A stretch of 64,000 nucleotides of DNA from Eledone cirrhosa (GCA_964016885.1 OZ024742.1:178684001-178748000), one strand, 5' to 3'. Shown: positions 1 through 13,816, numbered from the stretch's first letter. Notes: generated by a model from the sequence alone, not told the origin. Numbers and translations are program-made.

Positions 1-180
1 GCTTTCATCAGATAAAATATAATATAGGTTAGTTTTATAAATAAATAAATATTGACATACCCTGAAAAAATGCAACCATTCTGGTTGCAACAAAAAATGC
101 AACTATCCAGGAGATTCCAACCAGAATGGTTGCATTGTTTCAGTGTATGTCAATATTTATTTATAAAACTAACCTATATT

Positions 181-248
181 ATATTTTATCTGATGAAAGC
201 GCACCATAGTTTGCCTTGGTGGCCCTTGAAATATGTATAATGAAATAA
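181..248 (+). ncRNA. Type I hammerhead ribozyme (family A, Penelope pLTR-type)
   Basis: CTGATGA 190-196; stem II ...CACCA/TGGTG...; GAAA 228-231; quasi-palindromic stem III TATGTA; AUA triplet (cut after 239); stem I TATTTTAT/ATGAAATA. Inverted partner runs off the window start (1-87 vs 118-200). Confidence 0.7.
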
Positions 249-409
249 ATATGGTTTTATAAATATAGTTTCCATTTATTAATATATTGTATATATATAT
301 ATATATATATATGTATGAATGAAGTAATTCCGTCGGAAAAGTCCAGGAAAAAAGAGTGCTCTATGTAGGTAACAGAGCTTAATAGTTATGTAATAAACAA
401 CATAAGGCA

Positions 410-477
410 ATTATTCCATTTACCAGTGGTTTCTTAAAAGCAAAAAATTTTGCTTTCAATCATCAGAATGAAAAAAT
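410..477 (-). ncRNA. Type I hammerhead ribozyme (family B)
   Basis: Reverse complement of 551-618; TCATCAG at 460-466. Confidence 0.75.
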
Positions 478-550
478 CCTGGTCTGTTTATTGAATTTGG
501 ATTTTAAAAACCCAAATTTTTTAAAATCCAAATTCAATAAACAGACCAGG

Positions 551-618
551 ATTTTTTCATTCTGATGATTGAAAGCAAAATTTTTTGCTTTTAAGAAACC
601 ACTGGTAAATGGAATAAT
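551..618 (+). ncRNA. Type I hammerhead ribozyme (family B)
   Basis: CTGATGA 562-568; stem II TTGAAAGCA/TGCTTTTAA; GAAA 595-598; stem III CCACTGG; GUA (cut after 607); stem I TTTTCATT/AATGGAA. Confidence 0.78.
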
Positions 619-639
619 TGCCTGATGTTGTTTATTACA

Positions 640-768
<129 letters not shown>

Positions 769-979
769 CGGGGAGTCGTGGTAGTGGTGGTAGTGGTGTC
801 AGTGGCTGACCATGTTGGTGGTAGCCGTGGTGGTTTGGACGTTCCAGGGAGGATGATGTATAATTATATAGACAGATAGATAGATAGATAGTCTATCCAT
901 CTGTTTGTCTATTTTCCTATAATCCTTCTATATCTCTATCTCTCTATCTGTCTATTTATCCATCTATATATATTTATAG

Positions 980-1032
<53 letters not shown>

Positions 1033-1242
1033 CGAAGGACAGAAATCAGCGGCTCGATGTGAGTTAATTCGAAGAAATGATAGGAAGGAAGAAATAGAAT
1101 GAATGAGAAGAGATCACAAACATTTAAATACGCTCATCAGATTGCAGACCACCTGCAGTTTCAACGATTTAACTGAAATTACTGCGAAGTAACAACGAAG
1201 AAATAAATATCTTCGTTTGGTATAATGTTTGTGTTGGGACGG

Positions 1243-1328
<86 letters not shown>

Positions 1329-1689
1329 TAGATAGAGAGAGAGAGAGATAGATAGATAGAGAGAGAGAGGGGAATGGAGTGTGTCCAATCGATTTCAAGT
1401 CGTCGCCAGAAAGGAAGAACATTAGCACTGTAAGCGGAACTGGTGCGTGTGTGTGTGTGTGCGCGCGCTTGTATGTGTGTGTGTGCGTGTGTGTGTGTGT
1501 GTGTGTGTGCGTGTGTGCGTGTGTATTCATTTTATATAGAAATGATTTCTTCACGAGTAGAAAGAACTGTTTCATTCGTATCAAATCATAAGAATATAAC
1601 AGCCCTAATCCTGTAGAAGCCATTTCTATATCTAATAAAGATGCTTATACTCTACCAACCTATTGACTGCTCCTTTATTATATAAAAAG

Positions 1690-1998
1690 ACTGTCACACC
1701 GTCAGTTACGACGATCAGTGTTCCAATTGATCCGATCAACGGAACAACCTTCTCGTGAAATTAACGTGCAAATGGCTGTGTATTCCACAGTCAAGCGTAC
1801 CCTTAACGTAATTCTCAGGAAGACCCAGCGTGACACAGAATATGACAAGGTTGACTCTTCGAATTACAGGTACAACTAATGTTTGATTGAAGCAGCATGA
1901 AATAAAGTGTCTTGCTCAAGGACACAACGCGCCACCGAGAATCGAACTCACGACCTTACGATTGTGAGCCGAATACCCTAACCTCAAAGTTACGCACC
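1690..1998 (-). mobile_element. tRNA-derived SINE (cephalopod-type)
   Basis: Minus-strand tRNA-like head with B box GAGTTCGATTC followed by GTTGTGTCCTTGAGCAAGACACTT core. Confidence 0.65.
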
Positions 1999-2013
1999 TT
2001 CTCTCTCTCTGTG

Positions 2014-2229
<216 letters not shown>

Positions 2230-2250
2230 TTATAAAACTGTTTATATATT

Positions 2251-2317
2251 GTATTTTGTCTGATGAAGGTATACCATATTTTAATTTGGTATCCCTGAAA
2301 TATGTATAATGAAATAA
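2251..2317 (+). ncRNA. Type I hammerhead ribozyme (family A)
   Basis: CTGATGA 2260-2266; stem II GGTATACCA/TGGTATCC; GAAA 2297-2300; TATGTA-TA; stem I TATTTTGT/ATGAAATA; insert 2222-2446 sits between (TA)n arrays. Confidence 0.78.
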
Positions 2318-2556
2318 ATATGGTTTTATAAATATAGTTTCCATTTATTAATATCGTATATCTACTCCAAAAACTTGTCGAGTGCTTTATATCAGTTATA
2401 AAATATTTACTTGTTGTATCCCAACAATTTAAATAGAACTTTTGCATATATATATATATATTTTAATAAATATTTGCTCTACGGTTCTTATATATTTGAT
2501 ATATATTTATCCTTATCGAGCCCTCTTTGGATTTTAGTCTTCAAATTTATTATTAT

Positions 2557-2643
<87 letters not shown>

Positions 2644-2820
2644 TATTAAGAATACTATTTATGGTTATGTATATAATAAAACCTTTTATGGTTATATATT
2701 TTTTATATACAAACCCCAAATAGCGAAAGATAGTCATTTATTACTATCTTATTACCAGTAAGATAAATAGCTCAATGTAATAACATCAGTTGTTTTACAG
2801 AGCAGTTATATAGGCCTAGT

Positions 2821-2910
<90 letters not shown>

Positions 2911-2926
2911 ATATACACATACATAC

Positions 2927-2957
<31 letters not shown>

Positions 2958-3192
2958 ATAGAAATGGCTGTGTAGTTGCTATTTAAGGTAAGTTAAAATG
3001 CAGTGGGAATACGAAGAAAGCAGTTGTCTACTGGGGGTCTCGGATATTTCTACGCTTTAAAGACAATGTATATATATATATATAGAGAGAGAGAAAATTG
3101 AGGTTGGTAATGGCACATGGAATATATAAGAGACAGAATACTTTTTTGTGAAAAAACATATAATTTTATAAGGTAAGGAAATAATAAAGGGT

Positions 3193-3249
3193 ATAAAAAA
3201 TGACCGGTTTCGATGGGACTGCAAAAGCCATCTTTTCAAATGTTGATTA
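3193..3249 (-). ncRNA. HHR-like motif with U3:A8 core (family C)
   Basis: Minus strand reads TTGAAAA-GATGG..CCATC-GAAA-CCGG-TC; stem I weak; 3338-3388 is an inverted copy of the 3' tail; same family as 49230-49472. Confidence 0.5.
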
Positions 3250-3416
3250 ATATTAAGAAAAATTAATAATACGAAGAGTTAAAATTTGAGATTTGAAGAT
3301 TCAAGTATAAAATTCATTGTGGGAAACACAACTTCAATCTGTCTCTTATATATTCCATGTGCCATTACCAACCTCAATTTTCTCTATAACCTTCGTTTTG
3401 TGTAGAAAATTACACT

Positions 3417-3518
<102 letters not shown>

Positions 3519-3985
3519 TCATTTAATTTATTGAATTATTGATATTTTTTATCTGAGTGTCCCGAATCTTCCGTTATCGTAATTTTTCGATCGTACGGTT
3601 GATTATAGACTTGTTCTATGTGTGACGGTATTTTAACGATAGTTATAGCTCTGATTTATCTAAATCAGCGAGCACACTGCCGCTCATATCGAATTTTGTT
3701 TATCGTGAACTCGTGCGCCGATTTTTCGATACTCGATCATTCTAATATATATATATATATATATATACATACACACATATACACACACACATATATACAA
3801 TATAAGCATTTTACTGTTGTTTTCCTAATTGAGTTTTTTCCTCCTTGACTTTTCATATACATGAATAAACTAATATATTTCTTGGTTGTACTGTGTTGTT
3901 ACCTTTTACTTTTTGCATACACACACACACCCGCGCATATATACAGAGTGAGAGAGAGAGAGAGAGTGTGTGTGTGAGAGAGAGA

Positions 3986-4035
<50 letters not shown>

Positions 4036-4207
4036 TGGTTAGTTAGATAGATAGATAGATCGATAGATAGATCTCTCTCTATATATATACACATATATAT
4101 GTTTATCTCGGGTTCAATCGGGGGTAACTACAGTAAGTAAGGTACTCAATACACACACATACACACACACACATGTATCTTGTTTATATATATATATATA
4201 TATATAT

Positions 4208-4412
4208 AACAAAGAATTGTGATAAAAAACCAGATGGACCATAACGCACCAGAGTACTCAATACTTAGAGTAGTAGAGTGGGAAATAGGAAAAAGTATGA
4301 CCCCGACGGCAGAGCTCAAGCCGTTTCGACGGCTATTTCTGGACTAAATTAGAATTTTAATTTAGTCCAGAAATAGCCGTCGAGCCGGCTTGAGCTCTAC
4401 CGTCGGGGTCAT
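4208..4412. mobile_element. Penelope-type 3' end with fold-back palindrome (family E, 3' half HHR)
   Basis: Arms 4288-4350 and 4359-4410; GAAA-CGGC..GCCG-TC-GGGGTC half ribozyme; TA-flanked; siblings at 5165, 5456, 13616, 45394, 45855. Confidence 0.7.
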
Positions 4413-4456
4413 ACTTTTCCCTATATATATATATATATATATAAGAAGAGAGAGAG

Positions 4457-4539
<83 letters not shown>

Positions 4540-4941
4540 ATAAAAACGTATAAAGGAAGACGATGAATGAGCAGAGAAAGAAAGTGTTGGGGAAGAAGGA
4601 GGAAGTATGAAAAAGAGAGAAAAAGAACGTCAGAAAGAGCAGAAGCAAAGGTAGGATGAATGACAGTTAAAATGACTGCTAGAAACAGAAAAGAGGACCA
4701 ATAAAATAAGAGATAAAGGGCGTGGTTAAATAAAAGTGGGCGGGGCATAGTTCATGTTAGAAAGGCGTAGTAAAGAATAAAGTGCAATAGAGGAAATATC
4801 AGGATTAAGAGAGTGAGGGGAGTGAGAGGGCAATAGAGAGATATCTAGATAGGTAGGTAGGTAAGTAGAGAGATAGATAGAGAGATAGATAGATAGAGAT
4901 AGAGAGAGAGAGAGTGAGAGAGAGAGAGTAAGAGAGAGTGA

Positions 4942-4981
<40 letters not shown>

Positions 4982-5021
4982 TTCAAAATATTAATAAATA
5001 TAGACATTCAACGTAATCAAA

Positions 5022-5092
5022 ATATATTTTATTATATATATTTCGGAGGTACTGTGCTGTTTTTTTAGTACGTCCTCATCAGATAAAATATA
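5022..5092 (-). ncRNA. Type I hammerhead ribozyme (family D)
   Basis: Minus strand reads TATATTTTAT-CTGATGA-GGACGTACT..AGTACCTCC-GAAA-TATATA-TA-ATAAAATATA. Confidence 0.8.
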
Positions 5093-5164
5093 GAAATTGA
5101 TGTATGACATTCCTCAACTGTGCTGATGGTTCAATTCCAGTCTTGGCAGTATATATATATATAA

Positions 5165-5365
5165 CTAAGGAATTGTGGTAAGGAACCAGATGGACCATAA
5201 CGCACCAGAGTACTCAATATTTAGGGTAGTAGAGTGGGTAATAGGAAAAAGTGTGACCCCGACAGCAGAGCTCAAGCCGTTTCGACGGCAATTTCTGGAC
5301 GAAATAGTCCAGAAATAGCCGTCGAAACGGCTTGAGCTCTGCCGTCGGGGTCATACCTTTTCCTA
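5165..5365. mobile_element. Family E fold-back insertion
   Basis: Same sequence as 4208-4412 with a different loop; TA-flanked. Confidence 0.7.
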
Positions 5366-5376
5366 TATATATATAT

Positions 5377-5409
<33 letters not shown>

Positions 5410-5455
5410 AAGAAAGAGAGAAAGTGAGAGTGAAATATATATATATATATATATA

Positions 5456-5648
5456 ACGAAGGAAATGTGGTAAGGAACCAGGTGGACCATAACGCACCAA
5501 AGTACTCAATACTTAGGGTAGTAGAGTGGGTAATAGGAACGAGTAGGTCCCCGACGGCTGAGCTCAAGCCGTTTCGACGGCTAATTCTAGTCCAGAATTA
5601 GCCGTCGAAACGGCTTGAGCTCAGCCGTCGGGGACCTACTCGTTCCTA
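5456..5648. mobile_element. Family E fold-back insertion
   Basis: Perfect arms 5534-5588 and 5596-5648; TA-flanked. Confidence 0.7.
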
Positions 5649-5783
5649 TATATATATATATAAAGAGAGAGAAAGTGAGAGTGAAATATATATATATATA
5701 TGAAAAATATGGGGAGAAGAATACTGCATGGTTGCACATGGATTACATATTATAAAATTAGTCCCTCGTCAGTGATTTGCCAA

Positions 5784-5858
<75 letters not shown>

Positions 5859-6094
5859 TGTAGAAGTAAAAGAGAGCAAGGAGGAGGAGAAAGTTAAAGC
5901 GATAGATATATTTCTTTCTTTGCCACAACAGATAGATTGGTAGTTAGGTGGAGAGATATAGGGTAGAGGTGAAAATGTGGGCGATGAAGTGAGAAGGAGG
6001 TGGCGTATTAGTGAGAAAGAGAAAGAGAGCAATTTAAGAATGAGTTGGAATAGATTTACAAAGAAATAAAAGGTATTAGACGAGAGAAAAGTAA

Positions 6095-6600
6095 AACACA
6101 CAGACAACCACACACACACAGGCAAACACACAGAGACACATGCACTCACACACTCACATATACACCCACACCCATATAGACTAAAAAACAGGCTCACAGG
6201 CAAACGCACACACACATAAACACACAGAGACACACACACACAGGCAGACACACATAGAGTCGCACAGAGACCCACAGACATACATACACACACACACATG
6301 CACATATACACTCGCACCCATATAGACTAAAAAACAGGCTCACAGGCAAACGCACACACACATAAACACACAGAGACATACACACACAGGCAGACACACA
6401 TAGAGTCGCACAGAGACCCACAGACATACATACACACACACACATGCACATATACACTCGCACCCATATAGACTAAAAATCAGGTTCACAGGCACACGCA
6501 CACACACATAAACAAACAGAGACATGCACACACAGGCAGACACACATAGACTCGCACAGAGACCCACAAACATATATACACACACACACATACAGACATA
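6095..6600. repeat. CA-rich minisatellite, 146-bp period, ~3.5 copies
   Basis: ACCCATATAGACTAAAAA recurs at ~6170, 6316 and 6462. Confidence 0.85.
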
Positions 6601-6604
6601 TTGA

Positions 6605-7130
6605 TCCCCCCTATATCTTCTTTTTCTTCTTTTCTTCGCTCACCTATTCCTGAGAGGGTCGTGAGGGCAGAGTCCTCAAACCCTCCCCCCAACGGATCCT
6701 GTCAGAAGCAACCATCTCCAATTGATCCGGCTGGATCCACAAGCGTGACCAGCCGAACTCATGAGTGTTATCCAACCACCTTGCTCGGGGTCGACCCATG
6801 GGTGTCCGACCGGTTGGTTTCGCCCGTAAAATCTGTCCCAGGCTTCTTTTCCTGAAACATTCTAACGACATGCCCATAGTATCGGAGCTGTGATCTCTCA
6901 ATTCAGAGAAGTAGTATCTCTACCTGAAGTGACTCTCTGATCTCCGAACCACGCACTTTATCGAGTAACGTTACTCCAAACACCCTTCGGCGAAACCCCA
7001 TTCCGGCCGCTTGTTTTCACCATCATATTCTTTCGGTTATTTCCCAAGATTCATGAACATAGGTAAGGGTTGGCACGCAAATCGAATTGAAGATAATGTG
7101 TTTGGCTTTTACACCTACCTCCCTTCTGGT
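6605..7130 (-). mobile_element. RTE-type LINE 3' fragment
   Basis: Translates as KPTGRTPMGRPRARWLD...ASDRIRW, a typical RTE C-terminus; sibling at 63205-63570. Confidence 0.7.
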
Positions 7131-7146
7131 TACTAAATGCTGAAGC

Positions 7147-7323
7147 TGGTGTATTATTGAGGGTCGGACGCCATGCTTTCCAGCATAGTTACGTCCCTTT
7201 ACGATCTGAGTTCAAATCCCGCCGAGGTTGACTTTGCCTTTCATCCTTACGGGGTCGATAAAATAAAGTACCAGTAATGCACTGGGTAATTGGTGGCCTT
7301 GTGCCTAAAGTAGAAACAATTAT
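7147..7323 (+). mobile_element. tRNA-derived SINE (main family)
   Basis: B box GAGTTCAAATCC plus core GCCTTTCATCC..GGGGTCGATAAAATAAAGTACC. Confidence 0.8.
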
Positions 7324-7389
7324 TACACCAGCCTTTGCAATTCTTGCGCTTAATTCAGCCTCCTGCCTTCCATAATCGTGAACACGGCC

Positions 7390-7462
<73 letters not shown>

Positions 7463-7674
7463 CAGTAGCGGACTGGGTCTAAAAATATTGGTTGCCAGGA
7501 GATGAAGGGGCCCCACCTACATGTAGAATGCTATCATTTAATTTCTATAATGAATAAATAACATTTTCAAAAAATACATAAGTGGAAACAAAACAGTGCA
7601 ATCAAATTTTTGCAGAAAGCTATCTTACTTGCTCCAATAAAAAATATGTATTTTGTGAAATCCAGAGACTTTCA

Positions 7675-7848
7675 ATAATTACTTTAGGCACAAGGCCAGC
7701 AATTACCCAGTGCATTACTGGTACTTTAATTTATCGACCCCGTAAGGATGAAAGGCAAAGTCAACCTCGGCGGGATTTGAACTCAGATCGTAAAGGGACG
7801 TAACTATGCTGGAAAGCATGGCGTCCGACTCTCTACCGATACTGCCAA
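7675..7848 (-). mobile_element. tRNA-derived SINE (main family)
   Basis: Reverse complement of the same family. Confidence 0.8.
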
Positions 7849-7877
7849 TAATGACCTTTGGTCTTTCACACTCACTC

Positions 7878-7993
<116 letters not shown>

Positions 7994-8195
7994 ATATGGA
8001 AAACGAAGAATCAGTGATGCATCGAAACAATTTATTAACGTATTACAATTGCTTCTCCAATGAACAGCTCGAGGTGCGATCTATTTGTGGATCGAACCTA
8101 ACTCTGGATTCACAAGTTATTATTATACTCTGCTCCGAAGGAGCATAGAGTGCTCAACCGGCATACAGCCTATGGAAGCATCAAAGCAACCTTAC

Positions 8196-8237
<42 letters not shown>

Positions 8238-8238
<1 letters not shown>

Positions 8239-8414
8239 GTTATTCCGGGTTGAATCGGAGGTAACCACAGTAAGTAAGGTACTCAATACATTGCAGAGTA
8301 TAAAAGTTTTAATATAGATGAGATTCTACAGGACTAGAACTGTTTCATTCTTTAGAAATCATTCTAAAGAATGAAACAGTTCTAGTCCTGTAGAATCTCA
8401 TCTATATTAAAACT
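8238..8414. mobile_element. Penelope-type 3' end with fold-back palindrome (3' half HHR)
   Basis: Arms 8306-8357 and 8362-8414; ..GAAT-GAAA-CAGT-TC-TAGTCC; TA-flanked; related fragment at 4101-4152. Confidence 0.6.
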
Positions 8415-8573
8415 ATATATATATATATGAGAGTGCGTGTATATGTGTGCATGTGCATGTGTATATATAGATTTATATATATATGTATACATAACATGTT
8501 TACAACTTGTACAAAAATCCCTAGGGATCTAATTGACAGTATATATATATATATGTGTGTCTGTGTGTGTGTC

Positions 8574-8608
<35 letters not shown>

Positions 8609-8619
8609 GTATGTGCGTA

Positions 8620-8662
<43 letters not shown>

Positions 8663-8725
8663 CACATTTCCCACTAATTGATTTGACAGATGTCCCATTG
8701 GTACCAAACATTATTTGTCAGTAGT

Positions 8726-8913
8726 GGGCGGTGGATTGGCAGTATCGGTAGAGGGTCGGACACCATGCTTTGCAGCAAAGAGTTACGGCCCTTTATGGTC
8801 TGAGTTCAAATCCCACCGAGGTTAACTTTGCCTTTCATCCTTATGGGGTCGATAAAATAAAGTACCAGTAATACACTGGGAAAATTGCTGGCCTTGTGCC
8901 AAAAGTAGAAACA
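8726..8913 (+). mobile_element. Full-length tRNA-derived SINE with 16-bp target-site duplication
   Basis: A box TGGCAGTATCGG, B box GAGTTCAAATCC; TSD ATTATTTGTCAGTAGT at 8710-8725 and 8914-8929. Confidence 0.9.
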
Positions 8914-9161
8914 ATTATTTGTCAGTAGTTCATGTGTATGTGTAAGTATATATATATATATATATATATATTGTTATACTTTGGGAGGGTCATGTTGCCA
9001 ATAAGAAACACACGCACCAGTTGCTTTCACTTCAATTTATTATATATTTATAAATTTATAAGTTTATAAATTTATAAATTTCTGGTTGGTTGGTCGGTTC
9101 CACAACCAGATAGTTGTTTATATATAGTCATAAAGAATCTTGCTAAACAAATTCAGAAACG

Positions 9162-9211
<50 letters not shown>

Positions 9212-9537
9212 TTGTGTGTGTGAATGTATGCTTGCATGCCTGTATGAATACACTAAGCTTTAGATTTAATAGAATGTACAACGACATATTCCAGCTATTT
9301 GCACCATCATATATTTTGGTTTCTATTAATTCCCCGGGGAATTGGTTGACCAAATGCTTTGCTTAATTGCTTTATTCATTAAAAAAGAAAATTTCTTCTT
9401 TCTCTTAGACCTCAGGTATTTTTTGAAAGCTAAGCATTGACCCCTAAAATATTACAGTGAGCTCTGTAATGCTACTGTGGGCTCCTGCAATGCTACCGTG
9501 GGCCCTCTGGACCCCACTCGCAACATGGCAACCCCGC

Positions 9538-9599
<62 letters not shown>

Positions 9600-9605
<6 letters not shown>

Positions 9606-9980
9606 ATACTTGGGGAGGGTCATATTTGTGTAATATTGCCAGAATTAATAACAGAACACACTCACTGTTTGGTTGGTTTTCGCTTTTCGCTTCTGTGTCT
9701 TTTATATCGGTAACCTAATTTATTCGGTCCTCGATGTTGCCATTGACTGACCGACGGTCAAAAATAATACAGATATAATATAGACACAAACACATATATA
9801 TAGTTTATCATAAATCTTTCGTTGCACATCTGCAACATCGTCAGTGGTGCTATTGTTTCCTCCCGTTGCATTGGCGTAGACATACAATGCAACGGGCGAA
9901 AACCAACCAAACAGTGAGTGTGTTCTGTTATTAATTCTGGTAATATTACACAAATATGACCCTCCCAAGTATAACAATAT
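9600..9980. mobile_element. TA-anchored inverted-repeat insertion with internal HHR-like core
   Basis: 9600-9682 is inverted at 9897-9979; minus strand 9799-9844 reads CTGACGA-T-GTTGCA..TGCAAC-GAAA..CTA, but stem I is poor. Confidence 0.5.
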
Positions 9981-10616
9981 TTGTTTCGACACACGATTTC
10001 ATATAAAAAACCTCGCAAAACTATATATATATATATATATATAGTTTTGCGAGGTTTATATATATATATATATATATATTATTTGTTTGTTAAAATAATC
10101 AAATTAAATTAATTCAACAGTTAAACACACATAGTACTAATAAGGTTGTTACCAACGAGCCAGAAGATTGACAAAAACTGAAAAAGATTACATGCACTTC
10201 TTGACCAGGATTGAAGCCAACACCAGGATCTCCACCGTCTCTAGTACCTACCGATAGTCCACTGAGACAACTACAGAAACCTTGTGAAAATTCATATTTA
10301 TAAACCTACTTTCAAAATTTTCAAAACAAAATGATGTATCCATGCCTTTCTAAATTTTATTGCCCCTACTTAAGGTCGACTTCTAAATCATTTGGGTGTT
10401 CCATAAACTACATCCTCCTTTTGTTTCTCATCTATCCAGACTATATTTTAACCTCTAATCCATGTTTCATTTCTGTTGCACCTCATTCCCCCCTCTCTCT
10501 TTCGCTCTGTGATATATGAATCTACTATGATTTGGGCTTACTTTATTCATATATATATATATTTGCATGTCAGATTCAAACTTACAATGATTGGCATTAT
10601 ATATATACAGTATAAG

Positions 10617-10802
10617 GGCGGTGGATTGGCAGTATCGGTAGAGAGTCGGACGCCATGCTTTCCAGCATAGTTACGTCCCTTTACGATCTGAGTTCAAATC
10701 CCGCCGAGATTGACTTTGCCTTTCATCCTTACAGGGTCGATAAAATAAAGTACCAGTAATACACTGGGTAATTGCTGGCCTTGTGCCTAAAAGTAGAAAC
10801 AA
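10617..10802 (+). mobile_element. tRNA-derived SINE (main family)
   Basis: A and B boxes plus core; flanked by direct repeat ATTATATATATACAGTATA. Confidence 0.88.
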
Positions 10803-10845
10803 TTATATATATACAGTATATATATATATATATATATACAGTATA

Positions 10846-10925
<80 letters not shown>

Positions 10926-10929
10926 TATA

Positions 10930-10982
<53 letters not shown>

Positions 10983-11005
10983 ATATATATGCATATATAT
11001 GTAAA

Positions 11006-11086
<81 letters not shown>

Positions 11087-11091
<5 letters not shown>

Positions 11092-11270
11092 GGAGCCCCT
11101 ACATGGACACACTGGAAGAGGAAGACCAAAGTTAACGTATGTTGATGCCCTAAGGACGGACACTGGATTGGAGACGCGGGACATGGCAGCGATAATGAGG
11201 GACAGAGACCGCTGGAGAGAGCTCGTCCATGGATCTCGGGAATTTTACCCGCCTTAGAATAGAATAGAAT
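11087..11270 (+). mobile_element. RTE-type LINE extreme 3' fragment
   Basis: [19 protein letters not shown]...DRDRWRELV followed by a (TAGAA)n tail. Confidence 0.75.
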
Positions 11271-11541
11271 ATATATATTAAACAAAGTTTCATACACTTA
11301 ACAACTCCCCTTTTTTAAAATCTTTTTGTCCACGTACTTCAATGACGGGCCAGTTAAAAAGTGGTGGCCATGACTGCACCCTGAAACCAATGGATTGCAT
11401 ATACATGTTAAGTGTGTGAGACTTCGTTTATACCAAATAAGCTCACTTTCAACAGATGGAGCACTGGCTTCCTTGATCTTTCATCTACAGATTTCTACCA
11501 ACGAGTATACACATTCACACACACACACACACACATATATA

Positions 11542-11584
<43 letters not shown>

Positions 11585-12114
11585 AATAATTATAAAAAGG
11601 AAGTTTGTTTCTACGTTGACTGCTAATAACACTGAATAAAATAAATTGGTAATAATTAAGGTTTTTCTTAATCTGACCAACAACACGCTCGCCATCGACT
11701 TGCAGAGCATGTTAGGCAAGTGTTTTTACCATAGTTTCAAGGTCTGCGAAGCCTTATGAATAAAATTGAATAGTCCAAAACTTTGTGGCTTATATCTGTA
11801 ATTCAATGTCTAACCGTGTTACATATTGTGTCATGCTGATTCTGCGTGAGTACTACTATGAGCGTACACGTGTTTGTCGAGTGCTCAGCCACTTACACTA
11901 AAATATAAGATATACTGTATTTGTAATTCAAACGGCCAACTTAGTTATATGCTGTCGTACGTGTATTCGACTAGAGAATTGCTTTACAGGTCACATATCT
12001 GCGGAAGAATCAACCAGTCACATTAATTCAGGAATCGAATGTTTCAGCTAATCGAACGATGAAACCTTCATCGGTGAAACCGACGGAGAATCTATCATTA
12101 CTGATATGATGAAT

Positions 12115-12327
12115 GGTGGACTAGCAGTATCGGTAGAGCGTCCAACATACTTCGCGGCATAGAGTTACAGTCCTTTATGTTCTGAGTTCAAATCCCGCAG
12201 AGGTTAACTTTGCCTTTAATCCTTACGGGGTCAATAAAATAAAGTACCAGTAACACACTGGGGTCGATTTAATCGACTTTCCCCTCTCCCCCAAATTGCT
12301 GGCCTTGTGTCTAAATCAAAAACTATT
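12115..12327 (+). mobile_element. tRNA-derived SINE (longer subfamily)
   Basis: A and B boxes, core, extra GGGGTCGATTTAATCGAC segment. Confidence 0.8.
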
Positions 12328-13388
12328 GATATGATTGACTCAATCATACAATAGAAAGTGGTGCCATATTATGGTCATAGTCCAATGATTGAAACTAAAG
12401 CAAGAATATGAGAATAAAAACCCCGGAAATATGGATGTGATGGTGGACAGTGTTATTGTCTTCGTGAAATTCCTCAGCCAAATTGTTGTCAGGCCTCCTA
12501 CGTTAAGAACTTTTGTTCTTAACTTAGGAGGCCTGACAACAGTTAGAGGAAATGAAGAAGTCTAGGGCGGAAGTTTATTGTTACATTTTCTGGAATGGAG
12601 GTACAAGTCAATCCAAATAACTAGTGGTCGGTCTATGTATGTATGAATGTATTTATGTATGTATGTATGTATATGTACGTGCGTACAAACGTAGGTACGT
12701 ACGTTCATATGTATTATGTATGTATGTATGTATGTATGTATGTATGTATGTATGTATGTATGTATGTATGTACGTGTGTACAAACGTACGTACGCTTGTA
12801 TGTATGTATGTATATACATATATACATACATACGTACGTACGTTTGTGTGTATGTATGTATGTTTGTATGTATGTGTGTGTTTGTGCGTGCAGATATGGC
12901 TGTTATTGCATGTATGGATCAGTATGTTTTGAGTTATATGTGTACACGTGCATGTGTTTCTGTGTCTATACATATGTATACGCAATTTTACATGCTGAAT
13001 TTTTGAAATGTTTTACATATTTTTACAGTTCCATTAATGGACTGCAACTTCCTAACAAGCTGTGCTCTATCTGATTCTGTGAAGCTCACCTTCTCAAGAA
13101 TTGTATTGAGGCAGTTAGTAATATATCCATGAGTCCCAATGATCGCAAGTACCAATATTCAGGTATAGTCAAGGTGGAGTATCTGCAGATTCCTCGTTAG
13201 TTCAGCACATATGTTTTCATTTTCGCTAATCTTATATATATATATAACCAAAAGTTAAACAAGGTTCATTGATTAATCAATGAATATAGTTTTACAATAG
13301 ATTAGAAGCACTCAACAATAAAATTTTTTTAGGAGTTATTAATATTAATTCAAAATATTAATAAATATAGACATTGAACGTAATCAAA

Positions 13389-13454
13389 ATATATTTTATT
13401 ATATATATTTCGGAGGTACTGTGCTGTTTTTTCAGTACGTCCTCATCAGATAAA
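13389..13454 (-). ncRNA. Type I hammerhead ribozyme (family D)
   Basis: Left arm of inverted repeat 13342-13454 / 13487-13599; TCATCAG 13443-13449. Confidence 0.72.
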
Positions 13455-13480
13455 GGTTGAGGTATGTCATACATCATTTT

Positions 13481-13552
13481 ATATATTTTGTCTGATGAGG
13501 ACGTACTGAAAAAACAGCACAGTACCTGCGAAATATATATAATAAAATATAT
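13481..13552 (+). ncRNA. Type I hammerhead ribozyme (family D)
   Basis: CTGATGA 13492-13498; GTACTG/CAGTAC stem II; GAAA 13530-13533; TATATA-TA (cut after 13541); 11-bp stem I. Confidence 0.8.
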
Positions 13553-13615
13553 TTTGATTACGTTGAATGTCTATATTTATTAATATTTTGAATTAATATA
13601 TATATATATATATAA

Positions 13616-13816
13616 AACGAAGGAAGTGTGGAAAGGAACCAGGTGGACCATAACGGACCAGAGTACTCGATACTTTGGGTAGTAGAGTGGGTAATAGGAA
13701 AAGGTTCAGGACCCCGACGGCAGTGCTCAAGCTGTTTCGACGGCTATTTCTGGACTCAGTCAAGAAATAAAAAAAATAGCCGGCTTGAGCTCTGCCGTCG
13801 GGGTCCTGAACATTTT

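Noticed and set aside
1535-1605. HHR-like CTTATGA..GAAACAGTTC on the minus strand
   Set aside because: Core is mutated and stem I does not pair convincingly
6095-6600. Possible CRISPR-like or coding repeat
   Set aside because: Whole units repeat without unique spacers; CA-derived minisatellite in eukaryotic DNA
8726-8820. tRNA gene-like A and B boxes
   Set aside because: SINE head: multicopy, followed by a core, has a TSD, no cloverleaf
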